Origin: Octopus sinensis
Lineage: Eukaryota
Assembly: GCF_006345805.1 (NCBI RefSeq)
Contig: NC_043008.1
Location: 63,736,001 to 63,800,000, forward strand
Length of the DNA stretch: 64,000 bases
Direction of reading: 5' to 3'
The notes under the pieces were generated by a model. It ran no database searches and was not told the DNA's origin. It saw only the letters and a program-made list of their open reading frames with translations. Below are positions 47,919 to 61,995 of this stretch, in pieces. The translations under genes were made by a program, and so were the position numbers. Each line of letters starts with the position of its first letter. The stretch's first letter is position 1.

Positions 47919-50900
47919 ATATATTTTTATATGTGTCTTTCTTTGAAAAATTGCATTCGGTGGGATTAGTAATATTTCTGGTAGAAATGACTGATTGTCC
48001 CTCTTAGCGTATGGCGTGTATGTAGAATGCCTCCTGGCATGTATGTATAATGCCCTCTATATAGAAATTAATATGTTCAATAAGAAATAATTATTTTCGA
48101 AATTTTTTCTCTTATGAGGTTTTTACGCTATCTACCTGACAATTTCTTGTTAAGTTTTCCTTATTAAGTAGTTGTCCTTAATTGCTAAATTTTTATTCCG
48201 AAAAAACTTTTCCTCTCCCGAAATGCAATTCGTAAAAGTTTGCCATTCATCCGGATATAGTATATATAAACCCACCCATGTGCTTCGTTGATGTTGATCA
48301 GTTAGCTGATCGGCTTAAGCGAAGCGGGGTCGTTGTTTATTTAGTATATTCGGCCTGCTGATGATTACGTAAGTATGAAATCAATGTGATACAGGTCTAT
48401 ATATTTTTATATGTCTTTCTTTGAAAAATTGCATTCGGTGGGATTAGTAATATTTCTGGTAGAAATGACTGATTGTCCCTCTTAGCGTATGGCGTGTATG
48501 TAGAATGCCTCCTGGCATGTATGTATAATGCCCTCTATATATAAATTAATATGTTCAATAAGAAATAATTATTTTCGAAATTTTTTCTCTTATGAGGTTT
48601 TTACGCTATCTACCTGACAATTTCTTGTTAAGTTGTCCTTAATTGCTAAATTTTTATTCCGAAAAAACTTTTCCTCTCCCGAAATGCAATTCGTAAAAGT
48701 TTGCCATTCATCCGGATATAGTATATATAAACCCACCCATGTGCTTCGTTGATGTTGATCAGTTAGCTGATCGGCTTAAGCGAAGCGGGGTCGTTGTTTA
48801 TTTATAGTATATTCAGGCCTGCTGATGATTACGTAAGTATGAAATCAATGTGATACAGGTCTATATATTTTTATATGTCTTTCTTTGAAAAATTGCATTC
48901 GGTGGGATTAGTAATATTTCTGGTAGAAATGACTGATTGTCCTCTTAGCGTATGGCGTGTATGTAGAATGCCTCCTGGCATGTATGTATAATGCCCTCTA
49001 TATATAAATTAATATGTTCAATAAGAAATAATTATTTTCGAAATTTTTTTCTCTTATGAGGTTTTTACGCTATCTACCTGACAATTTCTTGTTAAGTTTT
49101 CCTTATTAAGTAGTTGTCCTTAATTGCTAAATTTTTATTCCGAAAAAACTTTTCCTCTCCCGAAATGCAATTCGTAAAAGTTTGCCATTCATCCGGATAT
49201 AGTATATATAAACCCACCCATGTGCTTCGTTGATGTTGATCAGTTAGCTGATCGGCTTAAGCGAAGCGGGGTCGTTGTTTATTTATAGTATATTCAGGCC
49301 TGCTGATGATTACGTAAGTATGAAATCAATGTGATACAGGTCTATATATTTTTATATGTCTTTCTTTGAAAAATTACATTCGGTGGGATTAGTAATATTT
49401 CTGGTAGAAGAAATGACTGATTGTCCCTCTTAGCGTATGGCGTGTATGTAGAATGCCTCCTGGCATGTATGTATAATGCCCTCTATATATAAATTAATAT
49501 GTTCAATAAGAAATAATTATTTTCGAAATTTTTTCTCTATGGGTTTTTACGCTATCTACCTGACAATTTCTTGTTAAGTTTTCCTATTAAGTAGTTGTCC
49601 TTAATTGCTAATTTTTATTCCGAAAAAACTTTTCCTCTCCCGAAATGCAATTCGTAAAAGTTTGCCATTCATCCGGATATAGTATATATAAACCCACCCA
49701 TGTCTTCGTTGATGTTGATCAGTTAGCTGATCGGCTTAGCGAAGCGGGGTCGTTGTTTATTTATAGTATATTCAGGCCTGCTGATGATTACGTAAGTATG
49801 AATCAATGTGATACAGGTCTATATATGTTTATATGTCTTTCTTTGAAAAATTGCATTCGGGGGGATTAGTACTATTTCTGGTAGAATGACTGATTGTCCC
49901 TCTTAGCGTATGGCGTGTATGTAGAATGCCTCCTGGCTGTATGTATAATGCCCTCTATATATAAATTAATATGTTCAATAAGAAATAATTATTTTCGAAA
50001 TTTTTTCTCTTATGAGGTTTTTACCGCTATCTACCTGACAATTTCTTGTTAAGTTTTCCTTATTAAGTAGTTGTCCTTAATTGCTAAATTTTTATTCCGA
50101 AAAAACTTTTCCTCTCCCGAAATGCAATTCGTAAAAGTTTGCCATTCATCCGGATATAGTATATATAAACCCACCCATGTGCTTCGTTGATGTTGATCAG
50201 TTAGCTGATCGGCTTAAGCGAAGCGGAGTCGTTGTTTATTTATAGTATATTCAGGCCTGCTGATGATTACGTAAGTATGAAATCAATGTGATACAGGTCT
50301 ATATATTTTTATATGTCTTTCTTTGAAAAATTGCATTCGGTGGGATTAGTAATATTTCTGGTAGAAATGACTGATTGTCCCTCTTAGCGTATGGCGTGTA
50401 TGTAGAATGCCTCCTGGCATGTATGTAAATGCCCTCTATATATAAATTAATATGTTCAATAAGAAATAATTATTTTCGAAATTTTTTCTCTTATGAGGTT
50501 TTTACGCTATCTACCTGACAATTTCTTGTTAAGTTTTCCTTATTAAGTAGTTGTCCTTAATTGCTAAATTTTTATTCCGAAAAAACTTTTCCTCTCCCGA
50601 AATGCAATTCGTAAAAGTTTGCCATTCATCCGGATATAGTATATATAACCCACCCATGTGCTTCGTTGATGTTGATCAGTTAGCTGATCGCTTAAGCGAA
50701 GCGGGGTCGTTGTTTATTTATAGTATATTCAGGCCTGCTGATGATTACGTAAGTATGAAATCACTGTGATACAGGTCTATATATTTTTATATGTCTTTCT
50801 TTGAAAAATTGCATTCGGTGGGATTAGTAATATTTCTGGTAGAAATGACTGATTGTCCCTCTTAGCGTATGGCGTGTATGTAGAATGCCTCCTGGCATGT

Positions 50901-53900
50901 ATGTATAATGCCCTCTATTATAAATTAATATGTTCAATAAGAAATATTATTTCGAAATTTTTTCTCTTATGAGGTTTTTACGCTATCTACCTGACAATTT
51001 CTTGTTAAGTTTTCCTTATTAAGTAGTTGTCCTTAATTGCTAAATTTTTATTCTTCCGAAAAAACTTTTCCTCTCCCGAAATGCAATTCGTAAAAGTTTG
51101 CCATTCATCCGGATATAGTATATATAAACCCACCCATGTGCTTCGTTGATGTTGATCAGTTAGCTGATCGGCTTAAGCGAAGCGGGTCGTTGTTTATTTA
51201 TAGTATATTCAGGCCTGCTGATGATTACGTAAGTATGAAATCAATGTGATACAGGTCTATATATTTTTATATGTCTTTCTTTGAAAAATTGCATTCGGTG
51301 GGATTAGTAATATTTTGGTAGAAATGACTGATTGTCCCTCTTAGCGTATGGCGTGTATGTAGAATGCCTCCTGGCATGTATGTATAATGCCCTCTTATAT
51401 AAAATTAATATGTTCAATAAGAAATAATTATTTTCGAAATTTTTTCTCTCTTATGAGGTTTTTACGCTATCTACCTGACAATTTCTTGTTAAGTTTTCCT
51501 TATTAAGTAGTTGTCCTTAATTGCTAAATTTTTATTCCGAAAAAACTTTTCCTCTCCCGAAATGCAATTCGTAAAAGTTTGCCATTCATCCGGATATAGT
51601 ATATATAAACCCACCCATGTGCTTCGTTGATGTTGATCAGTTAGCTGATCGGCTTAAGCGAAGCGGGGTCGTTGTTTATTATAGTATATTCAGGCCTGCT
51701 GATGATTACGTAAGTATGAATCAATGTGATACAGGTCTATATATTTTTATGTCTTTCTTTGAAAAATTGCATTCGGTGGGATTAGTAATATTTCTGGTAG
51801 AAATGACTGATTGTCCCTCTTAGCGTATGGCGTGTATGTAGAATGCCTCCTGGCATGTATGTATAATGCCCTCTATATATAATTAATATGTTCAATAAGA
51901 AATAATTATTTTCGAAATTTTTTCTCTTATGAGGTTTTTACGCTATCTACCTGACAATTTCTTGTTAAGTTTTCCTTATTAAGTAGTTGTCCTTAATTGC
52001 TAAATTTTTATTCCGAAAAAACTTTTCCTCTCCCGAAATGCAATTCGTAAAAGTTTGCCATTCATCCGGATATAGTATATATAAACCCACCCATGTGCTT
52101 CGTTGATGTTGATCAGTTAGCTGATCGGCTTAAGCGAAGCGGGGTCGTTGTTTATTTATAGTATATTCAGGCCTGCTGATGATTACGTAAGTATGAAATC
52201 ACTGTGATACAGGTCTATATATTTTTATATGTCTTTCTTTGAAAAATTGCATTCGGTGGGATTAGTAATATTCTGGTAGAAATGACTGATTGTCCCTCTT
52301 AGCGTATGGCGTGTATGTAGAATGCCTCCTGGCATGTATGTATAATGCCCTCTATATATAAATTAATATGTTCAATAAGAAATAATTATTTTCGAAATTT
52401 TTTCTCTATGAGGTTTTTACGCTATCTACCTGACAATTTCTTGTTAAGTTTTCCTTATTAAGTAGTTGTCCTTAATTGCTAAATTTTTATTCCGAAAAAA
52501 CTTTTCCTCTCCCGAAATGCAATTCGTAAAAGTTTGCCATTCATCCGGATATAGTATATATAAACCCACCCATGTGCTTCGTTGATGTTGATCAGTTAGC
52601 TGATCGGCTTAAGCGAAGCGGGGTCGTTGTTTATTTATAGTATATTCAGGCCTGCTGATGATTACGTAAGTATGAATCAATGTGATACAGGTCTATATAT
52701 TTTTATATGTCTTTCTTTGAAAAATTGCATTCGGTGGATTAGTAATATTTCTGGTAGAAATGACTGATTGTCCCTCTTAGCGTATGGCGTGTATGTAGAA
52801 TGCCTCCTGGCATGTATGTATAATGCCCTCTATATATAAATTAATATGTTCAATAAGAAAAATATTATTTTCGAAATTTTTTCTCTTATGAGGTTTTTAC
52901 GCTATCTACCTGACAATTTCTTGTTAAGTTTTCCTTATTAAGTAGTTGTCCTTAATTGCTAAATTTTTATTCCGAAAAAACTTTTCCTCTCCCGAAATGC
53001 AATTCGTAAAAGTTTGCCATTCATCCGGATATAGTATATATAAACCCACCATGTGCTTCGTTGATGTTGATCAGTTAGCTGATCGGCTTAAGCGAAGCGG
53101 GGTCGTTGTTTATTTATAGTATATTCAGGCCTGCTGATGATTACGTAAGTATGAAATCAATGTGATACAGGTCTATATATTTTTATGTCTTTCTTTGAAA
53201 AATTGCATTCGTGGGATTAGTAATATTTCTTGGTAGAAATGACTGATTGTCCCTCTTAGCGTATGGCGTGTATGTAGAATGCCTCCTGGCATGTATGTAT
53301 AATGCCCTCTATATATAAATTAATATGTTCAATAAGAAATAATTATTTTCGAATTTTTTTCTCTTATGAGGTTTTTACGCTATCTACCTGACAATTTCTT
53401 GTTAAGTTTTCCTTATTAAGTAGTTGTCCTTAATTGCTAAATTTTTATTCCGAAAAAACTTTTCCTCTCCCGAAATGCAATTCGTAAAAGTTTGCCATTC
53501 ATCCGGATATAGTATATATAAACCCACCCATGTGCTTCGTTGATGTTGATCAGTTAGCTGATCGGCTTAAGCGAAGCGGGGTCGTTGTTTATTTATAGTA
53601 TATTCAGGCCTGCTGATGATTACGTAAGTATGAAATCAATGTGATACAGGTCTATATATTTTTATATGTCTTTCTGGTAGAAATGACTGATTGTCCCTCT
53701 TAGCGTATGGCGTGTATGTAGAATGCCTCCTGGCATGTATGTATAATGCCCTCTATATATAATTAATATGTTCAATAAGAATAATTATTTTCGAAATTTT
53801 TTTCTCTATGAGGTTTTTACGCTATCTATACCTGACAATTTCTTGTAAGTTTTCCTTATTAAGTAGTTGTCCTTAATTGCTAAATTTTTATTCCGAAAAA

Positions 53901-55205
53901 ACTTTTTCTCTCCCGAAATGCAATTCGTAAAAGTTTGCCATTCATCCGGATATAGTATATATAAACCCACCCATGTGCTTCGTTGATGTTGATCAGTTAG
54001 CTGATCGGCTTAGCGAAGCGGGGTCGTTGTTTATTTATAGTATATTCAGGCTGCTGATGATTACGTAAGTATGAAATCAATGTGATACAGGTCTATATAT
54101 TTTTATATGTCTTTCTTTGAAAAATGCATTCGGTGGGATTAGTAATATTTCTGGTAGAAATGACTGATTGTCCCTCTAGCGTATGGCGTGTATGTAGAAT
54201 GCCTCCTGGCATGTATGTATAATGCCCTCTATATATAAATTAATATGTTCAATAAGAAATAATTATTTTCGAAATTTTTTCTCTTATGAGGTTTTTACGC
54301 TATCTACCTGACAATTTCTTGTTAAGTTTTCCTTATTAAGTAGTTGTCCTTAATTGCTAAATTTTTATTCCGAAAAAACTTTTCCTCTCCCGAATGCAAT
54401 TCGTAAAAGTTTGCCATTCATCCGGATATAGTATATAATAAACCCACCCATGTGCTTCGTTGATGTTGATCAGTTAGCTGATCGGCTTAAGCGAAGCGGG
54501 GTCGTTGTTTATTATAGTATATTCAGGCTCAGCCTGCTGATGATTACGTAAGTATGAAATCAATGTGATACAGGTCTATATATTTTTATATGTCTTTCTT
54601 TGAAAAATTGCATTCGGTGGGATTAGTAATATTTCTGGTAGAAATGACTGATTGTCCCTCTTAGCGTATGGCGTGTATGTAGAATGCCTCCTGGCATGTA
54701 TGTATAATGCCCTCTATATATAAATTAATATGTTCAATAAGAAATAATTATTTTCGAAATTTTTTCTCTTATGAGGTTTTTACGCTATCTACCTGACAAT
54801 TTCTTGTTAAGTTTTCCTTATTAAGTAGTTGTCCTTAATTGCTAAATTTTTATTCCGAAAAAACTTTTCCTCTCCCGAAATGCAATTCGTAAAAGTTTGC
54901 CATTCATCCGGATATAGTATATATAAACCCACCCATGTGCTTCGTTGATGTTGATCAGTTAGCTGATCGGCTTAAGCGAAGCGGGGTCGTTGTTTATTTA
55001 TAGTATATTCAGGCCTGCTGATGATTACGTAAGTATGAAATCAATGTGATACAGGTCTATATATTTTTATATGTCTTTCTTTGAAAAATTGCATTCGGTG
55101 GGATTAGTAATATTTCTGGTAGAAATGACTGATTGTCCCTCTTAGCGTATGGCGTGTATGTAGAATGCCTCCTGGCATGTATGTATAATGCCCTCTATAT
55201 ATAAA

Positions 55206-55238
<33 letters not shown>

Positions 55239-55275
55239 TAAATATATATATATATACACATATATATATATATAT

Positions 55276-55308
<33 letters not shown>

Positions 55309-55352
55309 TATATCATGAATAAGATATAAAGCTTTCCATTCAGATAACTGTG

Positions 55353-55388
<36 letters not shown>

Positions 55389-57239
55389 TGAGTAGGAATA
55401 TGTGTGCATATGTGTGTATTGAACTATGAATGTCTCTAAGTGCTGATGGTTAAGATTTTCTTTCTTCCCAAACCATTAAGCACATAAAAGTGTTTCTATT
55501 GATTGTTAGTAAGAATGTTTAAATGTCAGATATGACACTTTGGTCATAAAAGGGTGTCCAGACAGTTCAACACAGTTGCAGCCATTCATATTAAAATAGT
55601 AGTCACATCATCATCATTTGAAGGCAAGCGCTGTACCAGGCTGGTTACACAGCTGTAATAGAATTAAATAACAACACCAAAGAAAAACCAAGGAATTATA
55701 TCAGAGCAACAATTATGTTACCAAAACAAGTCTCGATAGTTGATGTCACTTCATTGTAGCCTTTTCAGACTGAGTGTATATAAATATGCTTGTTTGTTAT
55801 TTTGTGTGTGTGTGTGTATGTGTGTGAAGCTTACATATCTTGAAGTTGTATTCACGAGTGAATGGAGGTTGGTGGGTGAATTGGATGATCGAATTGCAGT
55901 AATGCGCCAATTCCAGTAGAGGTTTTCTAGTTCTTTTTGTCATGGGGGACCACCTTTACATCAGGATAAAAATAATAAACAAATGGTGCTGGTAAACATT
56001 TAGCCAAAATATGATATCAGAAAAACAAGTGACAATTTAAGGGAATCAGTCAAATGGAACACAGGATGACTGTCAGACAAAATCAAGTAACCAAGACATT
56101 TGTAAAACAAATGATGTATGCAGAAAATTAACCAGCCAGAGAACTGGAGAGAAACAAAGTATTCAGAAATAGTTAATAAACTAATGACGTCAACTGGCAG
56201 TCAACCAACCAGAATACAGAACTACTACCAAACCAAAATATATGCAATTTATCAAACAAATGACATACTTAGGTACTTGGCCAAACAAAAATGCTAGGCC
56301 ACAGCCACAGGAGGGCAAAAACAAGTGAATTCACTAAGTTAATAAGCAATCAGAGCTTGAACGTCTATCTTAAAATCTATATACACAAAGCAGCATTGGA
56401 TTTACGCAGTTCAACTTCACACCAGTAAAACGAATGATCAACAATTCTTCATAAACAGTGAGAGAACTTGTGAAAAAGCTTTTATTGCTATATTTTAAAT
56501 AAAATTTTTCACATCAAATTGTTAATATATCTTATTGCTTTGAAACCTACTGAACTCTCAATCATGTATTATTGTTCTGAAATGTATGAAACATTTGAAA
56601 TTTTATTATTATTTTCTATTACTTTGAAGTTTTTCAAAGCTTTGAATTTGGATGGAGATTTGATTTTTTGACAATGTTTTAGCAAATTTTCTGTTGTACA
56701 CTATCTTTTTTTTAAATTTTTACCTTACTTTTTATTTACCATTAAAACACACCCACTAAAATATTGTTGAAACCGGTATGGTATGTTAATACTTATTAAC
56801 ATGACATATTAGTATAAATGTATATATACCAATATATATATAGAGGGAGTTTACTGTTCTGTTTTTTAAGGAAGATAGCAAAAAGCAGTACTCCATCCAG
56901 TGAGTGATACACATCATTTAATGTACACTACATTAAAAAAGAAAGCAACTAATAGTTTTTTGCTATCAAGACTCACGGTTAGGCAGATTTTTATGACATG
57001 CTTTATGTCCCCAAGCAATCTCCAGGCTCTAAGAACAAGAGTTTTGTTTTCTATTTTAAAATAGGGACGCTGCTACATAAGAAACCATGAGGGAAAAAAA
57101 GAGTAAAAGGTTGATGCAGAAAGTGGATTTAGAAGATAAAGGTTGTAGGAAAGAAAGAAAGAAAATTAGGGTTATGTCTTCTTTGGACTTAGAAGCCATA
57201 ATTAAAGTAGTTGTTGGAGAATAATTCAAAAGTCCGTAA

Positions 57240-57600
57240 GACAGCTGCTCAATCTGAAGAGGATGGTGTCCTCCAGTTCACCAAAATAAATTTCTCTGTG
57301 TGGTTGCATATGTTGAAAATCTCTGATCTGGAATTAAGTAGTGTCATGGAATTTCTGGATCCAAAAAGAATGTGCAATATTTCTTCTATGCATAAGTTGC
57401 ATTTCTTGGATCCATTTACATATAGCATAGATTTCTCCACAATTCTCCACTTGATTGCATGCAGCACGGAATTGGTTTTCAACTCCCATATGTTGCTAGC
57501 GAACATACTTTACTTTTGTCCACGTGTCAGAAAGAAGACAGATGATGGTTAACATAGCATCTTTTGACTTCACCAGCCCTGGATTTGTCTTGAAGCATGG
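57240..57600 (-). pseudogene. Penelope-like element GIY-YIG C-terminal remnant
   Basis: ORF 57249-57506 ASNIWELKTNSVLHAIKWRIVEKSMLYVNGSKKCNLCIEE...LLNSRSEIFNICNHTEKF has the IW.LK...IKW.I...Y...K.CNLC..E...LN.RSE...C.H..K pattern. Confidence 0.75.
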
Positions 57601-58589
57601 TGGAAGTTGAGGGCTGCTACTTTGAGTAAAACAGTTATCTTCCAGTCATAATCTAATAGATATGCTTTTGATTTTTAAAAAGTAATTATATATTTGGATG
57701 GGATATTGTGCATTCTTTTCCTTTTATGCACACTTTCAAATGTAGCCTGAACACCCTGTCTAATGGCCCTGATATTTCTTTGATTTTGAAGTCTGAGATT
57801 CCATGTAAACACCATTACATCTTGTTTATATTTAGCTGTTTTGAAGTTGATTAACTCTTGACATGCAACAGCTATTCATCTACATTCATACATTTGTTAT
57901 GCCTAAACGTTTTAATAATTATATATGCATATAATTTTTCTATATCTTGTATTATTTTAAACAAGATATGTCAATAAACAATACTAGTTTTATACATTAG
58001 ATAAATCCTTTTACCAATAATTTTGGAAATGTAAACAGTATTCTGCAACAGTAACCTATTTCAAGACATTTACTTATCTATTTTGTTTATATGTTGTCAC
58101 AAAAGTACAAACATTTAAGTGAAAGTTGTTTAAAAATCCCTCTAACATTTCTGTTTTTATTTTTTTATTTTCTGTAAAGTATTCTTTGGATATTTTAAGC
58201 TTTGAACAATGGTATTTATAATATAGATTTTACCGTTTTGAGCTTCATTAACACTTATCAGGAAGTGAGTAAGGTCAAACAACTCCTTTTTTAATCTTCT
58301 AACAACTTTCAAAAGCTAACAATGCTTTTGTTCGGAATAGTAGTAATTTTTGACAATTATATATATCATTCATATTATGTAAATTTTTCTGTGCTTGCAA
58401 GTATTATATAGAATTTGTTAGATATTTTATAATCAAATGCCATTCCTATCAAACAATCCTCACCTATTTCCAAGCAAGAATATATTACCCTGTGGCCTAA
58501 CGCATTTTAAAAGGAAGATTCAAAAACTAACATCACATGTATGACAATAAAACTCATTTACAACCGCCACGTGATGTCAAAACAAAACT

Positions 58590-59085
<496 letters not shown>

Positions 59086-59654
59086 GGATTTTTGTACATA
59101 TATCCATACACATAGAGATGTGAAAAAACACACTTGCATAACTCTACACTATTTCTGATTTGCAACATAATTATTTCTTATTATCAAACATTAATGTTGA
59201 AAATTCTCTCAGCTGATGCAAACTGACAATTAATCTTCAAAATACAGTATAAGACTTTTTTTCTTTCTTTTGCCATGGATAAATTCCAAGATATCTGACA
59301 GAATGTTTCTTTAATTCAAAGACATTTATTTACAATTGTACTTCAAATAATTAAGGAAGAACTGCTTGCCTTGTAAAATGACCTTAAGGGAAAAGTTCCA
59401 TTAAAACTGGAAGACTTATGTATTTTATGGCATGATATATCTAATTACTGCAGTAGAACCCCGTCACCACCACCACCAGCTCTGCTACCACTTAAATCTA
59501 AAAGAAAGAAAAGATCTGACGTTTTCATGTGGTATTAAAATAAGAAGATATATTATTTGAAACATTATCTAATGCCAGTAGAGCTGAAAATGTTCTAATG
59601 CCCAATTAAAGTCAAGTTATATGTGAGTGTGTCTGAAAGAAAATATATACATAT

Positions 59655-59685
<31 letters not shown>

Positions 59686-59795
59686 CATATAGATAGATAG
59701 AGGAATAAATAGATAGAGAGAGATAGGTAGTTAGATAGCTATAGATATATACATATATTCATTTATACATATGTATGTGTACATATATATGTATA

Positions 59796-59833
<38 letters not shown>

Positions 59834-59934
59834 AATATATATGTATATAATATAATATATGTATATATAATATATATGTGTGTGTGTGTGTATGTGTGTG
59901 TGTATGTGTGTGTGTGTATGTGTGTGTGTGTGCT

Positions 59935-60325
59935 AGCATAGGTGTAAGAGGGGTTGTGTGTTAAGAAGCTTGCTTACTAGCCACATGGTACCAGTTTCAG
60001 TCCCACTGCATGGCACTTTGGGCCACTATCTTCTACTATATTCTTGGGCCAGCCAAAGCCTTGTGAGTGGATTTGGTAGACGGAAACTGAAAGAATCCCA
60101 TCGTATATATGCGTGTGTGTGTGTGTTTGTCCCCACCTCCCACTATTGCTTGACAAATGATTTTGGTGTATTTACATCCCTGTAACTTGGCGGTTCAGGA
60201 AAGGAGACTGATAGAATAAGTACTGTGCTTACAAAGAACAAGTCCTAGGTATGATTTGTTCAACTGAAGTTGGTACTCCAGCATAGCTGCAGTCAAATGA
60301 CTGAGACAAGTAAAAGAATAAAAGA

Positions 60326-60330
<5 letters not shown>
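59935..60330 (+). mobile_element. Family C composite SINE-like element
   Basis: Colinear with 26480-26880. Confidence 0.88.
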
Positions 60331-60360
<30 letters not shown>

Positions 60361-60739
60361 ATGTGTGTGTATAAAAATTAATCAAAGGACATGCTAAATA
60401 TGTCTACTTGCTGGAAGTAACAGTCAAAACTTTTACTTAAGTTGCCAAAATACACTGATAATAACTACAGAAATCAACAGTCCTAAGGCAAATGCACTAA
60501 GACAATCTCCCAGCATACATTCAACTATTTGGGCTCACATGGACTGGTTTCTACACTGGCAAACAGCTTCAGCTTCTTCAGCACGTGTTACCATGATAGA
60601 GACCCCCAACCTGACATGCTGAAGTCTGCAATACAACTGATTCGTTTACACCAAAATCATAGCAGCCACCAATATGAAAATAATTTCAATACAGAGCAAA
60701 TAATTTGCAAGAAAAAATAATTCACGAAAAAATCATTTT

Positions 60740-60752
60740 TGCCATCTCTATC

Positions 60753-60826
<74 letters not shown>
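60740..60826. repeat. (CT)n microsatellite
   Basis: Direct reading. Confidence 0.97.
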
Positions 60827-60829
<3 letters not shown>

Positions 60830-60911
60830 CACCATGTCTCACTCCCATACAACATTACAACTCTCACATGACTCCTATAGACCTTTCCTTTTGACTTTAA
60901 GGTATATACAC

Positions 60912-61090
60912 ATACAGCTGGATGCCCTTCCTAATGCCAAATACTCCAATAGTGTAGTGGGTGCTTTTACGTGCCACTGGCACAAGGGCCAGTCAGGTGG
61001 TACTTGCAACTGCCACACTCAAATGGTGTTGTTACATGTCACCTGCACAGGAGCTAGTCCAGCGGCACTGGCAACGACCTTGCTTGAATG
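60912..61090 (-). mobile_element. Family A internal fragment
   Basis: cagctggatgcccttcctaatgccaa...gtgggtgcttttacgtgcca...gcactggcaacgacc. Confidence 0.85.
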
Positions 61091-61498
61091 ATTTTTCCTG
61101 TACCATACATATATATATGTAATATAATATTATGTGACAATTATATTACAGATAAATTCCTTTATTTACATATCGAGATCTCATTCTTTTGTTGTCTTAC
61201 CATCAATATTAATATATATATATATGTATACATATATATTTTTAAAAAAGGGTTTGTATGATTGTGTATAGAGGGATATCTATTATTCAAAGAAATTCCA
61301 ACTCTGTTTTTTATGTTTTATTTATATTCTTTATAATATTAATGTAGAATATAGAATATATAGTATAAATAATATATATATAGTAAAATGAAATGAAGTA
61401 TTGATTGTCTTATTGTATAGATGAAATGTTGAATATAAAATATTAGGGGACTAATATACTTTCATGTGTTATAGCAGTCTCTCTCTCTCTCTTTCTCA

Positions 61499-61529
<31 letters not shown>

Positions 61530-61530
<1 letters not shown>

Positions 61531-61689
61531 GAGCATAGGTGTAGCTATGCAATACAAAACTTGCTTCCTAACCAAATGGTTCCAGGGTAAGTCACACTAC
61601 ATGGCACTTGGGTAAGTGCCTTTTGCCAACCAAAGCCTTGTTAGTGGAGTTGAAAGATGGAAACTGAAAGAACTCCATTGTATATACAT

Positions 61690-61733
<44 letters not shown>

Positions 61734-61995
61734 ATGCATATAAATGTATTATAATTATGGGGATATGTGTGTGTGTGTGTGTGTCTGTGTTTGTACCCCA
61801 TCACCACTAGACAATTAGTGATGGTGTGTTTATATCCCTGTACCTTAAAGGATCAGCCAAGAGGCCGGTAGAATAAGCACTGGGCTTCAAAAACAATAAG
61901 TACTGGGGTTGATTTATTCGACTAAAAATTTTTCATAGTGGTGCCCCAGCATGGCCACAGTCTAATGACTGAAACAGTTAAAAGAAAAATAAAAG
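61530..61995 (+). mobile_element. Family C composite SINE-like element (diverged)
   Basis: Colinear with 26480-26880. Confidence 0.85.

Larger units (their letters stand above)
45995..55202. repeat. Tandem array of ~480-bp hammerhead-containing units in two inverted blocks (retrozyme/ribozyme-satellite-like)
   Basis: Left block unit starts 45995, 46477, 46955, 47434 (partial to 47731). Right block starts 47731, 48212, 48673, 49154, 49634, 50111, 50591, 51070, 51551, 52027, 52506, 52986, 53464, ~53907, 54384, 54869 (partial to ~55202). Confidence 0.97.

Noticed and set aside
49645-51823. ORFs inside the 480-bp array (MQFVKVCHSSG…, MCFVDVDQLADRL…)
   Set aside because: They exceed 60 aa only in units where private indels remove stops, and are not open in the consensus unit.
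45995-55202. Array as a 5S rRNA, snRNA, tRNA or histone gene cluster
   Set aside because: No recognisable 5S/U-snRNA/tRNA sequence or histone ORF in the unit; many T-runs on the ribozyme strand argue against a simple Pol III read-through gene.
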